Source: an uncultured candidatus Porisulfidus sp.
Lineage (GTDB): Bacteria; Pseudomonadota; Gammaproteobacteria; Poriferisulfidales; Poriferisulfidaceae
DNA length: 64,000 bases
Reading direction: 5' to 3'
NCBI GenBank assembly: GCA_965199755.1
Contig: CBDASZ010000001.1
Span: 737,509-801,508 of the forward strand
Positions 39,724 to 49,581 of the stretch are shown one piece after another; position 1 is the stretch's first letter, and every line of letters begins with the position of its first letter. The notes under the pieces are model-generated. The model worked only from the letters and a program-made list of their open reading frames with translations, was not told the origin of the DNA and made no database searches. Both the position numbers and the translations under genes were made by a program.

Positions 39724-41202
39724 TTATAGTGCTTCCGCCATTTCCAGAATTTGCTTGCGGCGTTGCTGCACCCGGGCCTGATTGGCCGAATTAATTTTGA
39801 TGTGCTTTTCCGCCAGTTCCACTTGCTGCACGGCGAGACGCAACTTGTACTGACTGATGTAATGATCGGCCAGCGCCAGATGAACAACGGCGGGCTGATT
39901 TGTGGCATCGGCGGCTTCCGCAAGCAGCCGATAACTTTGCGGGTCCTGAACGCCTCGGCGGATACGGACCCGCGCAAGGCGCAGAGCCTCTTGGGCATTC
40001 CCCATATCCAGATGGGCCTGAATCAGATACCACTCGATGTCATTGTGTTGCGGAAACTGCTCATACAGGGCGAGCAAGCGCTCCAGCGCTTGTTCGATCT
40101 GGCCCAGATGTTTTACGGAACGGATCGCAGCCAGTTCGAGCAGCAAGGCCACGCCGGGTGTGGCGGGTTGGATCTTTTGCAGTTCCGCGAGCGCGCGCTC
40201 ATCTTCATTCCGTCGCTGCAAGACTACGGCAAAACCATAGCGTTGCACGTCAGTCAACTCATTCCCCAGAGCCAGGTTTTGGTAGTGTTGGAGGCGCACG
40301 TGCGGAGCAACCAGCAACGCATTCAGGCGTTCGCGGATATAAGAAAATTTAGGACGGTCCTTGATGAAGCGACCTTTATATTGAAGGGCGCGGTTCTGCG
40401 CTTCCACAATACGCGACTGGCTTGTTGGATGCGTGCTGAGATACTCGAAGTCTTTGCCCTGAGGCTGTGAGGATTTCTTCATCAGCACATGGAAGAAATT
40501 GGCGACGCCATTTGGATCAATGCCGGCCTTGGCCAGGTAGCGCGTGGCGAAGCGATCGGCTTCCTGCTCGCTGGCGCGGCTGTGATTGAGGAACTCCTGA
40601 ATCTGCGCGGCTTGTCCCACCATCAGGGTGGGCAATATGGTGGACAAACTGTAAGCCCCGGCGAGCAAGACGGCGGCGGACGCCAGAATGCTCAGATTGG
40701 AATGCTCCATTTCGTCGTACATTCGGGCGATGTGGCGCTGGGTCACATGGGCCATTTCGTGAGCCAGCACGCCAAGCAACTCCGATTCGGTGTTGGCCTG
40801 ACCAATCAAGCCGGTATTGAAGGCCAGTAGCCCGCCGGGCATGGCGAAGGCGTTAATGTCACGCGAGCGCACAATCAAAATGTCAAATTCCAGTTCAATG
40901 TCATTGCTGGCGCGAAGTTGCGCGAGCAAGGTTTGCATATAGGTGTTGGATTCCGGGTCGTCTTCTATAGGCAGTTCTCCGTAAAGGCGAGCACGCAGCA
41001 GTTTCTTGAGATTGGCCTCCTCCGCAGGGGTTATGGTGCGGTCAGCGAGCTCGCCGACGCCGGGCAGGGCGGTGTCATCAATAATGTTGTGGTGTTCATC
41101 GGCGCTCACATCAGTGGCAAGGATGCCGAGCAGGAGTCCCGCGCTCCACGTGAGAGGGCGGCGATTTCGCGTATGGACGGGCGACTGAGGCACTGAGTAC
41201 AT
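39724..41202 (-). CDS. M48-family zinc metallopeptidase with C-terminal TPR repeats (BepA/YfgC-like).
   Basis: Signal peptide and 'HEMAHVTQRH' (HExxH). At 492 aa it is comparable to E. coli BepA. Confidence 0.8.
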   Translation of the reverse strand: MYSVPQSPVHTRNRRPLTWSAGLLLGILATDVSADEHHNIIDDTALPGVGELADRTITPAEEANLKKLLRARLYGELPIEDDPESNTYMQTLLAQLRASNDIELEFDILIVRSRDINAFAMPGGLLAFNTGLIGQANTESELLGVLAHEMAHVTQRHIARMYDEMEHSNLSILASAAVLLAGAYSLSTILPTLMVGQAAQIQEFLNHSRASEQEADRFATRYLAKAGIDPNGVANFFHVLMKKSSQPQGKDFEYLSTHPTSQSRIVEAQNRALQYKGRFIKDRPKFSYIRERLNALLVAPHVRLQHYQNLALGNELTDVQRYGFAVVLQRRNEDERALAELQKIQPATPGVALLLELAAIRSVKHLGQIEQALERLLALYEQFPQHNDIEWYLIQAHLDMGNAQEALRLARVRIRRGVQDPQSYRLLAEAADATNQPAVVHLALADHYISQYKLRLAVQQVELAEKHIKINSANQARVQQRRKQILEMAEAL

Positions 41203-41284
41203 AGCGGCAGCAGAAATAATCAGTATTTAGTATTTTATAGAGTAAAATTGGTTCCCCGACTATTTGTACGGAGAGGAATCCCTC

Positions 41285-41515
41285 ATGTCCGATTTTGACC
41301 AGGAACTGGATGCCTGCGGCTTGAACTGTCCGCTCCCCATTCTACGCGCGAAAAAGACTCTAGCCAAAATGGATAGCGGCCAGGTCTTGCACATCATTGC
41401 GACCGATCCGGGTGCGGTCAAGGATTTCGAGTCCTTTGCCCGTCAGACCGGCAATCCGCTGCTGGAATCCGACGAGCGGGAAGGAAAGTTTTATTTCCGC
41501 CTGCAAAAAGCCTAA
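41285..41515 (+). CDS. TusA-family sulfurtransferase.
   Basis: The SD 'ggagagga' and the 'LDACGLNCPLPILRAKK' CPxP active site. It is 76 aa. Confidence 0.85.
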   Translation: MSDFDQELDACGLNCPLPILRAKKTLAKMDSGQVLHIIATDPGAVKDFESFARQTGNPLLESDEREGKFYFRLQKA

Positions 41516-41634
41516 ACAGGGTGCTGAGGCGCGACGCGGTGCGCCGGATTCACTGCCAATCATTTGAAAATCCGCTATTTTTGACGCACAATAGTCGTTA
41601 GAACACGTTGCCTCTGTATTGAGGGGGCAGCCTC

Positions 41635-43368
41635 ATGAGTACGGAACCTTTGCGACCGCCGCCTGATCTGGCTCTGGAGCCGTTACCGGGCGCTGAAATT
41701 TTCGTCCGCTGCCTGCTGGAAGAGCAGGTAGAGAAAGTGTTTGGCTATCCGGGCGGCGCGGTGCTGCATATCTATGACGCCTTGCACGCCCAGCAGGATG
41801 TCGATCATATTCTGGTGCGCCATGAGCAAGGTGCGGTGCATGCGGCGGAAGGCTATGCCAAATCCACAGGCAGAGTCGGTGTCGCGCTGGTTACGTCCGG
41901 CCCTGGTGCGACCAATGCCGTCACGGGTATCGCCGACGCTTATCTGGACTCGGTGCCGCTGGTGGTGTTCACCGGACAGGTGCGCACGGCGGTTATTGGC
42001 AACGATGCCTTTCAGGAAGTCGACACGGTCGGCATTACACGCCCGTGCGTGAAGCACAACATTCTGGTGAAGAACGTCGCGGATATGCCGCTGGCGATCC
42101 GGCGCGCTTTCCACTTGGCGAATACGGGACGTCCGGGACCGGTGGTGGTGGATCTGCCGAAAGACGTGACCGAGCAAAGAATGCCGTTCTCCTACCCGGA
42201 TGATCCGCAACTGCGCTCGTACCAGCCGACGATGTCGGGCCACACCGGGCAAATCAAGCGTGCGGTCAAATTGATTCTGAAGGCGCAACGACCCATCATC
42301 TACAGCGGCGGTGGCGTGATCTCCTCAGAGGCGCATGAAGAACTCACCGAGTTTGTGCATCTGACCGGCTTTCCAGTCACCAACACGCTGATGGGCCTCG
42401 GCGCAGTGCCGGGCACGGACCCGCAATTCATCCAGATGCTTGGCATGCACGGTTCCTACGAAGCCAACATGGCCATGCACCACAGCGACACGCTGATCGC
42501 GGTCGGTGCGCGCTTTGATGATCGCATCACCGGGGACTTGGCGAAGTTCTGTCCGTACGCGAAAGTCATTCACATTGATATTGATCCGTCGTCCATTTCC
42601 AAGAATTTCCCGGCGCACGTGCCGATTGTGGGCGACGCCAAGCACGTGCTGAAAGCGCTGTGCGATGAATTGCGCGATAGCAATCGCGCACTGCCGGATA
42701 TTTCGCCGTGGTGGACGCACATTCGCGAGTGGGCGGAGAAGGATTCGTTTGGCTTTAAGCAGGATATGGACGCGCCCATCAAGCCGCAGTATGTGCTGGA
42801 TCATCTGTATCGGCTGACGAATGGCGATGCCTATGTCACATCAGACGTTGGGCAGCATCAGATGTGGGTGGCGCAGTTGTACAAGTTCGACAAGCCGCGC
42901 CGCTGGATCAACTCAGGCGGTCTCGGTACCATGGGCTTCGGCCTGCCGGCCGCGATGGGCGTGCAACTGGCGCACCCGGAGGCTCAGGTGTGCTGTGTGA
43001 CGGGCGAGGCCAGCATTCAGATGTGCATTCAGGAGTTGTCCACCTGTCGCCAGTACGGCTTGCCGATCAAGATCATCAATCTGAACAATCGCTACATGGG
43101 CATGGTGCGCCAATGGCAGGACTTCTTCTATGATTCCCGTTACGCGATGTCTTACATGGAGGCATTGCCGGACTTCGTGAAACTGGCCGAGAGCTATGGC
43201 CATGCCGGCATGAAGATTGAGAAGGCGGCGGACGTGGAGCCGGCGTTGAAAGAACTCCTGAGCATGGAAGACCAACTGGTGTTTGCCGACTTCGTGACGG
43301 ACCCGACGGAAAATGTATTCCCGATGATTGCTCCGGGCGCGGCGCACAATGACATGATCCTGAGCTGA
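41635..43368 (+). CDS. ilvI: Acetolactate synthase large (catalytic) subunit, biosynthetic type.
   Basis: ThDP enzyme motifs 'GYPGGAVLHIYDAL' and 'GLGTMGFGLPAAMG'. It is 577 aa. Confidence 0.93.
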   Translation: MSTEPLRPPPDLALEPLPGAEIFVRCLLEEQVEKVFGYPGGAVLHIYDALHAQQDVDHILVRHEQGAVHAAEGYAKSTGRVGVALVTSGPGATNAVTGIADAYLDSVPLVVFTGQVRTAVIGNDAFQEVDTVGITRPCVKHNILVKNVADMPLAIRRAFHLANTGRPGPVVVDLPKDVTEQRMPFSYPDDPQLRSYQPTMSGHTGQIKRAVKLILKAQRPIIYSGGGVISSEAHEELTEFVHLTGFPVTNTLMGLGAVPGTDPQFIQMLGMHGSYEANMAMHHSDTLIAVGARFDDRITGDLAKFCPYAKVIHIDIDPSSISKNFPAHVPIVGDAKHVLKALCDELRDSNRALPDISPWWTHIREWAEKDSFGFKQDMDAPIKPQYVLDHLYRLTNGDAYVTSDVGQHQMWVAQLYKFDKPRRWINSGGLGTMGFGLPAAMGVQLAHPEAQVCCVTGEASIQMCIQELSTCRQYGLPIKIINLNNRYMGMVRQWQDFFYDSRYAMSYMEALPDFVKLAESYGHAGMKIEKAADVEPALKELLSMEDQLVFADFVTDPTENVFPMIAPGAAHNDMILS

Positions 43369-43369
43369 C

Positions 43370-43876
43370 ATGCGCCGGATTCTGGCGGTTCTTCTGGAGA
43401 ATGAGGCCGGTGCTTTGTCGCGGGTCTCCAACCTGTTCTCTGCACGCGGTATCAACATCGACTCGTTGGCGGTGACCTCGGCTTCCGATGCCACGCTGTC
43501 ACGCATGACGCTGGTGACCTTCGGTGACGATCATGTGCTGGAGCAGGTCACCAAGCAACTGCACAAGCTGGTGGACGTGGTCACGGTCATGGACCTGACC
43601 GCCCAAGAGCACGTAGAGCGCGAAATGGCACTGGTTAAAGTGCTGTTGCGCGACACCAAGGGGGTCGACGAACTGCAACAGATCAACAAGGTGTATCACG
43701 GACGCATCGTGGATGTTGATTCCCTGTGCTATACCAGTGCGGTTGCAGGCACCCGCGAGGAAATTGACGCCTACATCACGGCACTGTCCGGGCATGACCT
43801 TGTGGAAGTGGTCCGCTCTGGGCCGCTTGGCATTGCGCGCGGCGAGAAAGCTCTCGCCATCGGACACCATCTTTGA
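43370..43876 (+). CDS. ilvH: Acetolactate synthase small (regulatory) subunit.
   Basis: 'MRRILAVLLENEAGALSRVSNLFSARGINIDSLAV' is an ACT domain. Confidence 0.93.
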   Translation: MRRILAVLLENEAGALSRVSNLFSARGINIDSLAVTSASDATLSRMTLVTFGDDHVLEQVTKQLHKLVDVVTVMDLTAQEHVEREMALVKVLLRDTKGVDELQQINKVYHGRIVDVDSLCYTSAVAGTREEIDAYITALSGHDLVEVVRSGPLGIARGEKALAIGHHL

Positions 43877-44929
<1,053 letters not shown>

Positions 44930-45051
44930 TCATGGGGCTGTTGGCATCTGCATAAGCGTGCGTTGTGGCTATCTGCCGTGCTAAAATGCAACCACGCAAC
45001 TCCGGTTGCGTTGCAAAAGCAATATTGATACAAAACTTGGAGTAAGGGATC

Positions 45052-45129
45052 ATGCTTGGAAACATCGTTTCTATGGGGATTTTCTGGGCCGTCTATGCGC
45101 TGCTCGTTTGGTGCATTACGAACCTTTGA
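45052..45129 (+). CDS. Possible 25-aa hydrophobic micro-protein ('MLGNIVSMGIFWAVYALLVWCITNL').
   Basis: The SD 'ggagtaaggg' lies 7 nt upstream. It follows a hairpin (44985-45019) downstream of ilvC. It is speculative. Confidence 0.2.
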   Translation: MLGNIVSMGIFWAVYALLVWCITNL

Positions 45130-45147
45130 TAAGTCTGAATCGATGAC

Positions 45148-45957
45148 TTGCGCCGCGGCTATTGCGCCGCGGCGGTATTTCCTCCTCTCTCACGCAGTTC
45201 TGTGAAGGGACAACCTCGCCATCGGCGCAGTATTTATTTACTGCCAAGCCTACTGACCACCTTTGCCATGCTCGCGGGCTTTGCCGCGATCACGCTGGCG
45301 ATGAAAGGGCAGTTCGGTACCGCTGCCATTGCTATTTTTGTGGCCATGGTGCTGGATGCGCTGGACGGTCGCGTAGCCCGCCTGACACATACGGCCAGTG
45401 AATTTGGCTTGCATTACGACAGCATCAGCGACATGCTGGCGTTTGGAGTCGCGCCGGCGCTCATCCTGTATGAGTGGTCGCTGCAATACATGCACCCGAT
45501 AGGCGGCGAGTGGGCCACGCTGGGATGGCTGGGTGCCTTCTTTTATATGGCTGCAGTCGCACTGCGCCTCGCGCGTTTTAATGTGCACGCTCACAGCGCA
45601 GACCGTAAATTCTTCCACGGGCTTCCAAGCCCGGCAGGGGCGGGGCTTCTGATTTCGGCTCTATGGGTTGCACATCGCGCCGGCTATAGTGGTGCGGATC
45701 TCAAGGCTTGGGTGCTGATAGCGACTCTGTTGGTGAGCGTGTTGCTAGTGAGTCGTTTTGCTTACTACAGCTTCAAGGAAACCACGCCGGGCTTTCATGT
45801 ACGGATGCTGACGTGGCTGGCTATTCTCGGAGGCGTACTATTGTTCGCTCTGGACCCGCCGAAGGTGTTGCTGGTGGCTTTTGGTCTGTATGCGCTCACA
45901 GGCCCCGCGCTTTACATGCGTTTTCTCTGGCGTCGCCACAGCAAAGCGCCTTCCTGA
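45148..45957 (+). CDS. pssA: CDP-alcohol phosphatidyltransferase family protein, most likely CDP-diacylglycerol--serine O-phosphatidyltransferase (PssA).
   Basis: 'DALDGRVARLTHTASEFGLHYDSISDMLAFG' is the D-G-x2-A-R...G...D...D motif. The start codon is uncertain, because the N-terminal 25 aa are atypical. Confidence 0.7.
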   Translation: MRRGYCAAAVFPPLSRSSVKGQPRHRRSIYLLPSLLTTFAMLAGFAAITLAMKGQFGTAAIAIFVAMVLDALDGRVARLTHTASEFGLHYDSISDMLAFGVAPALILYEWSLQYMHPIGGEWATLGWLGAFFYMAAVALRLARFNVHAHSADRKFFHGLPSPAGAGLLISALWVAHRAGYSGADLKAWVLIATLLVSVLLVSRFAYYSFKETTPGFHVRMLTWLAILGGVLLFALDPPKVLLVAFGLYALTGPALYMRFLWRRHSKAPS

Positions 45958-45968
45958 ACGGTTGCGGC

Positions 45969-46445
45969 TTACAGCAGGGCGATTTCGCTGACTAAAATGC
46001 CGTCGGTGTCGGCCGCGAGCCAATGCCCAGGCACGAAGTCGACGCCCGCGAACTGTACCGTCACATCCCGCTCACCCAGATCACGCTTGACGCTTTTCAG
46101 GGGATACGTCCCCAGCGCCTTGACGCCGACGGACAGGGTGGCGATCACTGCGGAATCCCGAATAAGGCCGTTGACAATGATGCCGGACCAGTTGTTGTCC
46201 TGAGCCTTGCCGGCAAGAATATCACCGAGCAGGGCGCAATTTCCTGACGCATTGCCGTCAATGACCAGCACACGGCCTTGCCCGTCTTCACTCAAGGCTT
46301 CACGAACTTTTGAGTTGTCATCAGGACAACGCACAGTGGAAATATATCCCGAAAAGGCAAGGATACCGCCGAAATCACGAAACCCCGGTGTCGCGATGTG
46401 GATAGCGCTGTGTTGATCGGAAAGATCTGCGGTTGACACTCTCAT
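45969..46445 (-). CDS. rraA: RraA-family protein (ribonuclease E activity regulator; MenG-like).
   Basis: 158 aa. 'RVLVIDGNASGNCALLGDILAGKAQDNNWSGIIVNGLIRD' fits the RraA fold. Confidence 0.8.
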   Translation of the reverse strand: MRVSTADLSDQHSAIHIATPGFRDFGGILAFSGYISTVRCPDDNSKVREALSEDGQGRVLVIDGNASGNCALLGDILAGKAQDNNWSGIIVNGLIRDSAVIATLSVGVKALGTYPLKSVKRDLGERDVTVQFAGVDFVPGHWLAADTDGILVSEIALL

Positions 46446-46547
46446 GGGGAACAGGGTGCGTCAGGCGCACTCATTATAAAGTGCGGTACTGCAGGATAAA
46501 GTGTGGTCCTGCAGGGGCTTATTGCGGCAATTACAGTGCGTGATGTC

Positions 46548-47483
46548 TCAAGCCAGGCACTGCTTAAGATTTTTTGCCAGATTGCGCATCATCTCGAAGT
46601 ACAGATCGGGGCCATCAGCAAGATCGGCCCCAAGCGGGTCCAGCATCCCACTGGAAGCTTCACTGCCTTCAATTACAGTTTGTATCAGACGGTCCGAGAA
46701 TTGAGGTTCGCGAAATACACATCGTGCACCGGTTGCCTTTAATTTATCACGCATTTCCTGAAGACGTGCTGGCGGCGGAGTTTCGCCGGAGGGGTGCGTG
46801 ATGCTGCCGACGTTATTCAGCTGATATGCCTTCTCCAGGTACTGATAGGCGTCGTGAAAGACAATGAATGGTTTGCCGCGCACGTCAGCGAGGATGGTTT
46901 CCAACTCTTTCTCCAGAGCGTCAATGCGCGCAATGACCTTCAGGGCGTTGGCTTTATAGGTTTTGCGGTTGTCAAAATCAATGGCGCTCAACTCTTTTAC
47001 GATCCACATCACCATGCGCCGGGCGTTATCCGGATCCAGCCAGACGTGTAAGTCGGGAACATCGTGTCCATGATCATGTCCGTGATCATGATCGGCATGC
47101 CCGTCCTCCCAGGGACCGCCTATCCGAAATGGGTGCAGCGAAAGATTCGCGTCATTAGCCGCTGTTGATACCTTAATTCCGTCGGGCAGGGTCTGGAGCG
47201 TGGACTCCATAAAAACCTCAAAACTATCTCCCATATATAGGATAAGTTTGGAGTTTTGCACTGCACTTACTTGCGAGGGCTTGAGCTGAAAGTTATGCGG
47301 TGTGGTCGCACCTTTGAGGATAAGAATGGGTTCTGTAATATCGCCCGCGACGCCGGAGACAAGCGAGTGAAGTGGCTTGACCGTGGTCACAATGCCGCCG
47401 GTTTTCCCGAATTCAGATTCGGCGAAGGCCAATCCTGGGAAATGCAGAAGCAGAAGAAGCAAGATCGAGGTGCGAATAGGCAT
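46548..47483 (-). CDS. znuA: Zinc ABC transporter substrate-binding protein ZnuA.
   Basis: A signal peptide and the His-rich loop 'HADHDHGHDHGHD'. It is divergent from zur-znuCB. Confidence 0.9.
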   Translation of the reverse strand: MPIRTSILLLLLLHFPGLAFAESEFGKTGGIVTTVKPLHSLVSGVAGDITEPILILKGATTPHNFQLKPSQVSAVQNSKLILYMGDSFEVFMESTLQTLPDGIKVSTAANDANLSLHPFRIGGPWEDGHADHDHGHDHGHDVPDLHVWLDPDNARRMVMWIVKELSAIDFDNRKTYKANALKVIARIDALEKELETILADVRGKPFIVFHDAYQYLEKAYQLNNVGSITHPSGETPPPARLQEMRDKLKATGARCVFREPQFSDRLIQTVIEGSEASSGMLDPLGADLADGPDLYFEMMRNLAKNLKQCLA

Positions 47484-47527
47484 ATTAAGGAGTACCTGTA
47501 GTTGGTAGAATAGGGGATCTTGAAAAG

Positions 47528-47549
47528 ATGTTATATTATACTATAACAT
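47528..47549 (+). promoter_or_regulatory. Zur box (Zn-uptake regulator operator) in the znuA / zur-znuCB divergent promoter region.
   Basis: The near-palindrome 'ATGTTATATTATACTATAACAT' resembles the gammaproteobacterial Zur consensus GTTATA..TATAAC. It lies 10 nt upstream of zur and 45 nt from the znuA start. Confidence 0.7.
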
Positions 47550-47558
47550 TCTTCGGGC

Positions 47559-48041
47559 ATGCACATTGCATGTTGGGATCTTATTATGAAACATCGCATG
47601 GAGCATGATCGTTTTGTAGATCGCGCCTTGCAGCGTGCAGAGCAAATCTGTCAGGATCATGGGGCTCGCTTTACCCATTTGCGCCGGCGTGTGCTGGAAA
47701 TCATCTGGGCCAATCACACTCCGTCGAAAGCCTATGACATTCTGGCTGTACTGATGCGGGAAGACGCTTCCGCGAAACCACCGACCGTCTACCGGACGCT
47801 GAACTTTCTGATGGAGCACGGGCTGGTACACAAGATCAATAGTCTGAACGCCTACATGGGTTGCGCGCATCCTGACGCGCATGAAGAGTGTCAGTTTTTG
47901 ATCTGCAGAAAATGTGGCGTGGTTGAAGAATGCCGCAATCCGGAAGTCACTCAGGCCGTCAGCAGTACAGCTAATGCGAGCAAGTTTCATCTCCAGAAAA
48001 CAGAAGTAGAGCTTTCTGGTGAATGTGCGGCGTGTCTGTAG
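47559..48041 (+). CDS. zur: Zinc uptake regulator Zur (Fur family).
   Basis: A Fur-family DNA-binding region and the C-terminal 'CQFLICRKCGVVEEC'. It is the first gene of the znuCB operon, a Pseudomonas-like arrangement. A shorter start at Met10/Met14 is possible. Confidence 0.8.
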   Translation: MHIACWDLIMKHRMEHDRFVDRALQRAEQICQDHGARFTHLRRRVLEIIWANHTPSKAYDILAVLMREDASAKPPTVYRTLNFLMEHGLVHKINSLNAYMGCAHPDAHEECQFLICRKCGVVEECRNPEVTQAVSSTANASKFHLQKTEVELSGECAACL

Positions 48042-48054
48042 TGAGGAATTAATT

Positions 48055-48780
48055 ATGGGCACTTTGATTGAGGCGAAAAACATTCACGTCTTCCGCCATA
48101 AAAAACATATTCTCGACGATGTTTCGGTGCACATCGGAGAGCGCGATTTCATCACCATCATCGGTCCGAACGGAGCCGGGAAATCAATGTTGCTGAAATG
48201 TCTGATCGGCTTCTACGAACCCAACAGAGGCAGTATTCAACGCCAACCAGGATTACGGATTGGCTATGTTCCGCAGCGCCTGACGCCGCATCCCTCTATG
48301 CCGATTACGGTGCATCGCTTCCTGTCTTTGCGCAAGCGCACCACTGAGACTCATTTGCAGCGCATCGTGCAAGAGACGCATATCGAAAAGTTTCTGGAAT
48401 CGCCGCTGTCGACCTTGTCGGGCGGAGAATTGCAGCGTGTGCTGCTGGCGCGCAGCCTGCTGGTCGATCCACAACTGCTAATACTGGATGAAATATCCCA
48501 GAATCTGGACATCACCCGGCAAGTGAGTTTCTATCGATTGCTGGAGCAGATCTATGAAGAGCATGAACTCAGCATCCTGATGGTGTCGCACGATCTGCAC
48601 ATGGTGCTGGCGTCGACCCAGAGAGTCATCTGTTTGTTTCACCACGTGTGCTGCTCCGGGGAGCCGCAAGCCGTCACCAAGGATCCCCAATTCATCTCAC
48701 TGTTCGGCGATGATATGGCTGAAATGATGGCGATCTACCAACACAGTCACGACAAGCATCAGCATCATGAGCACACTTGA
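48055..48780 (+). CDS. znuC: Zinc ABC transporter ATP-binding protein ZnuC.
   Basis: The SD 'gaggaa' and Walker A 'GPNGAGKS'. The signature is 'LSGGELQRVLLAR'. The C-terminus is His-rich, 'HSHDKHQHHEHT'. The ORF-track extension from 48019 is rejected. Confidence 0.9.
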   Translation: MGTLIEAKNIHVFRHKKHILDDVSVHIGERDFITIIGPNGAGKSMLLKCLIGFYEPNRGSIQRQPGLRIGYVPQRLTPHPSMPITVHRFLSLRKRTTETHLQRIVQETHIEKFLESPLSTLSGGELQRVLLARSLLVDPQLLILDEISQNLDITRQVSFYRLLEQIYEEHELSILMVSHDLHMVLASTQRVICLFHHVCCSGEPQAVTKDPQFISLFGDDMAEMMAIYQHSHDKHQHHEHT

Positions 48781-49579
48781 CATATTGTTCGAACCGTTTC
48801 TTGTGCGCGCGGTCATCGGCGGGGTCGGGGTTGCGATTATTGCCGGCGCTATTGGCTGCTTAGTGGTCTGGCGTCGCATGGCCTATTTCGGTGATTCGCT
48901 GGCGTACAGCGCCTTGCTCGGTATTGCACTAGGATTGGCCGTTGGCATCAATCTGAATCTCAGCACGCTGCTGACGTGCTCCGTCTTTGCAGTGGCATTG
49001 TTGTGGCTGCAGCAAAGAAAGATTCTGGCGACCGACACGCTGCTGGGCATACTGGCGCACGCCGCACTGGCCGCAGGCATGATCACCCTGAGTTTTCTGG
49101 AGCAGGAGAGGGGATTGCAGACGTATCTGTTTGGCGATATTCTGACGGTGACGACGCAGGAGTTGTGGTGGATTTATATTGGTGGCGCACTGATTCTGCC
49201 GCTGCTGGCCTGGAACTGGTCGGCGCTGGTGCTGATGACCATCCACGAAGATCTGGCGCGGGCGGAAAATATCAACACCATCTTCACGCAAATGCTGCTG
49301 TTGTTTTTGATGACTTTGGTGGTCGCGGTCTCGATTCGCATCGTAGGTATTCTGCTGATCACTTCGCTGTTGATTATTCCGGCTGCCGCTGCGCGTTTTT
49401 TGGCGCGCACTCCGCAAACCATGGCGATAACCTCCGCACTGGTCGGCGTCCTCTCCGTGCTCATCGGGGTATATAGCTCATTATATTTTGATACGCCCTC
49501 TGGGCCGTCCATCATCATGGCAGCAACTTTTCTGTTTATGCTATTGCTTTCTCTCTTCTCCCATCGCATGAGGTATTAA
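48767..49579 (+). CDS. znuB: Zinc ABC transporter permease ZnuB.
   Basis: 270 aa and multi-TM. It overlaps znuC by 14 nt. Confidence 0.9.
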   Translation: MSTLDILFEPFLVRAVIGGVGVAIIAGAIGCLVVWRRMAYFGDSLAYSALLGIALGLAVGINLNLSTLLTCSVFAVALLWLQQRKILATDTLLGILAHAALAAGMITLSFLEQERGLQTYLFGDILTVTTQELWWIYIGGALILPLLAWNWSALVLMTIHEDLARAENINTIFTQMLLLFLMTLVVAVSIRIVGILLITSLLIIPAAAARFLARTPQTMAITSALVGVLSVLIGVYSSLYFDTPSGPSIIMAATFLFMLLLSLFSHRMRY

Positions 49580-49581
49580 TA

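Noticed and set aside
39702-39998. N-terminal 99-aa extension of the SoxY-like ORF.
   Set aside because: The SoxY Tat signal starts at Met 39701. The extension has no homology and overlaps the BepA-like gene's 3' region.
41516-41634. Possible ilvIH leader peptide/attenuator upstream of ilvI.
   Set aside because: There is no Leu/Val/Ile-rich mini-ORF and no terminator/antiterminator alternative hairpins in the 119-nt region.
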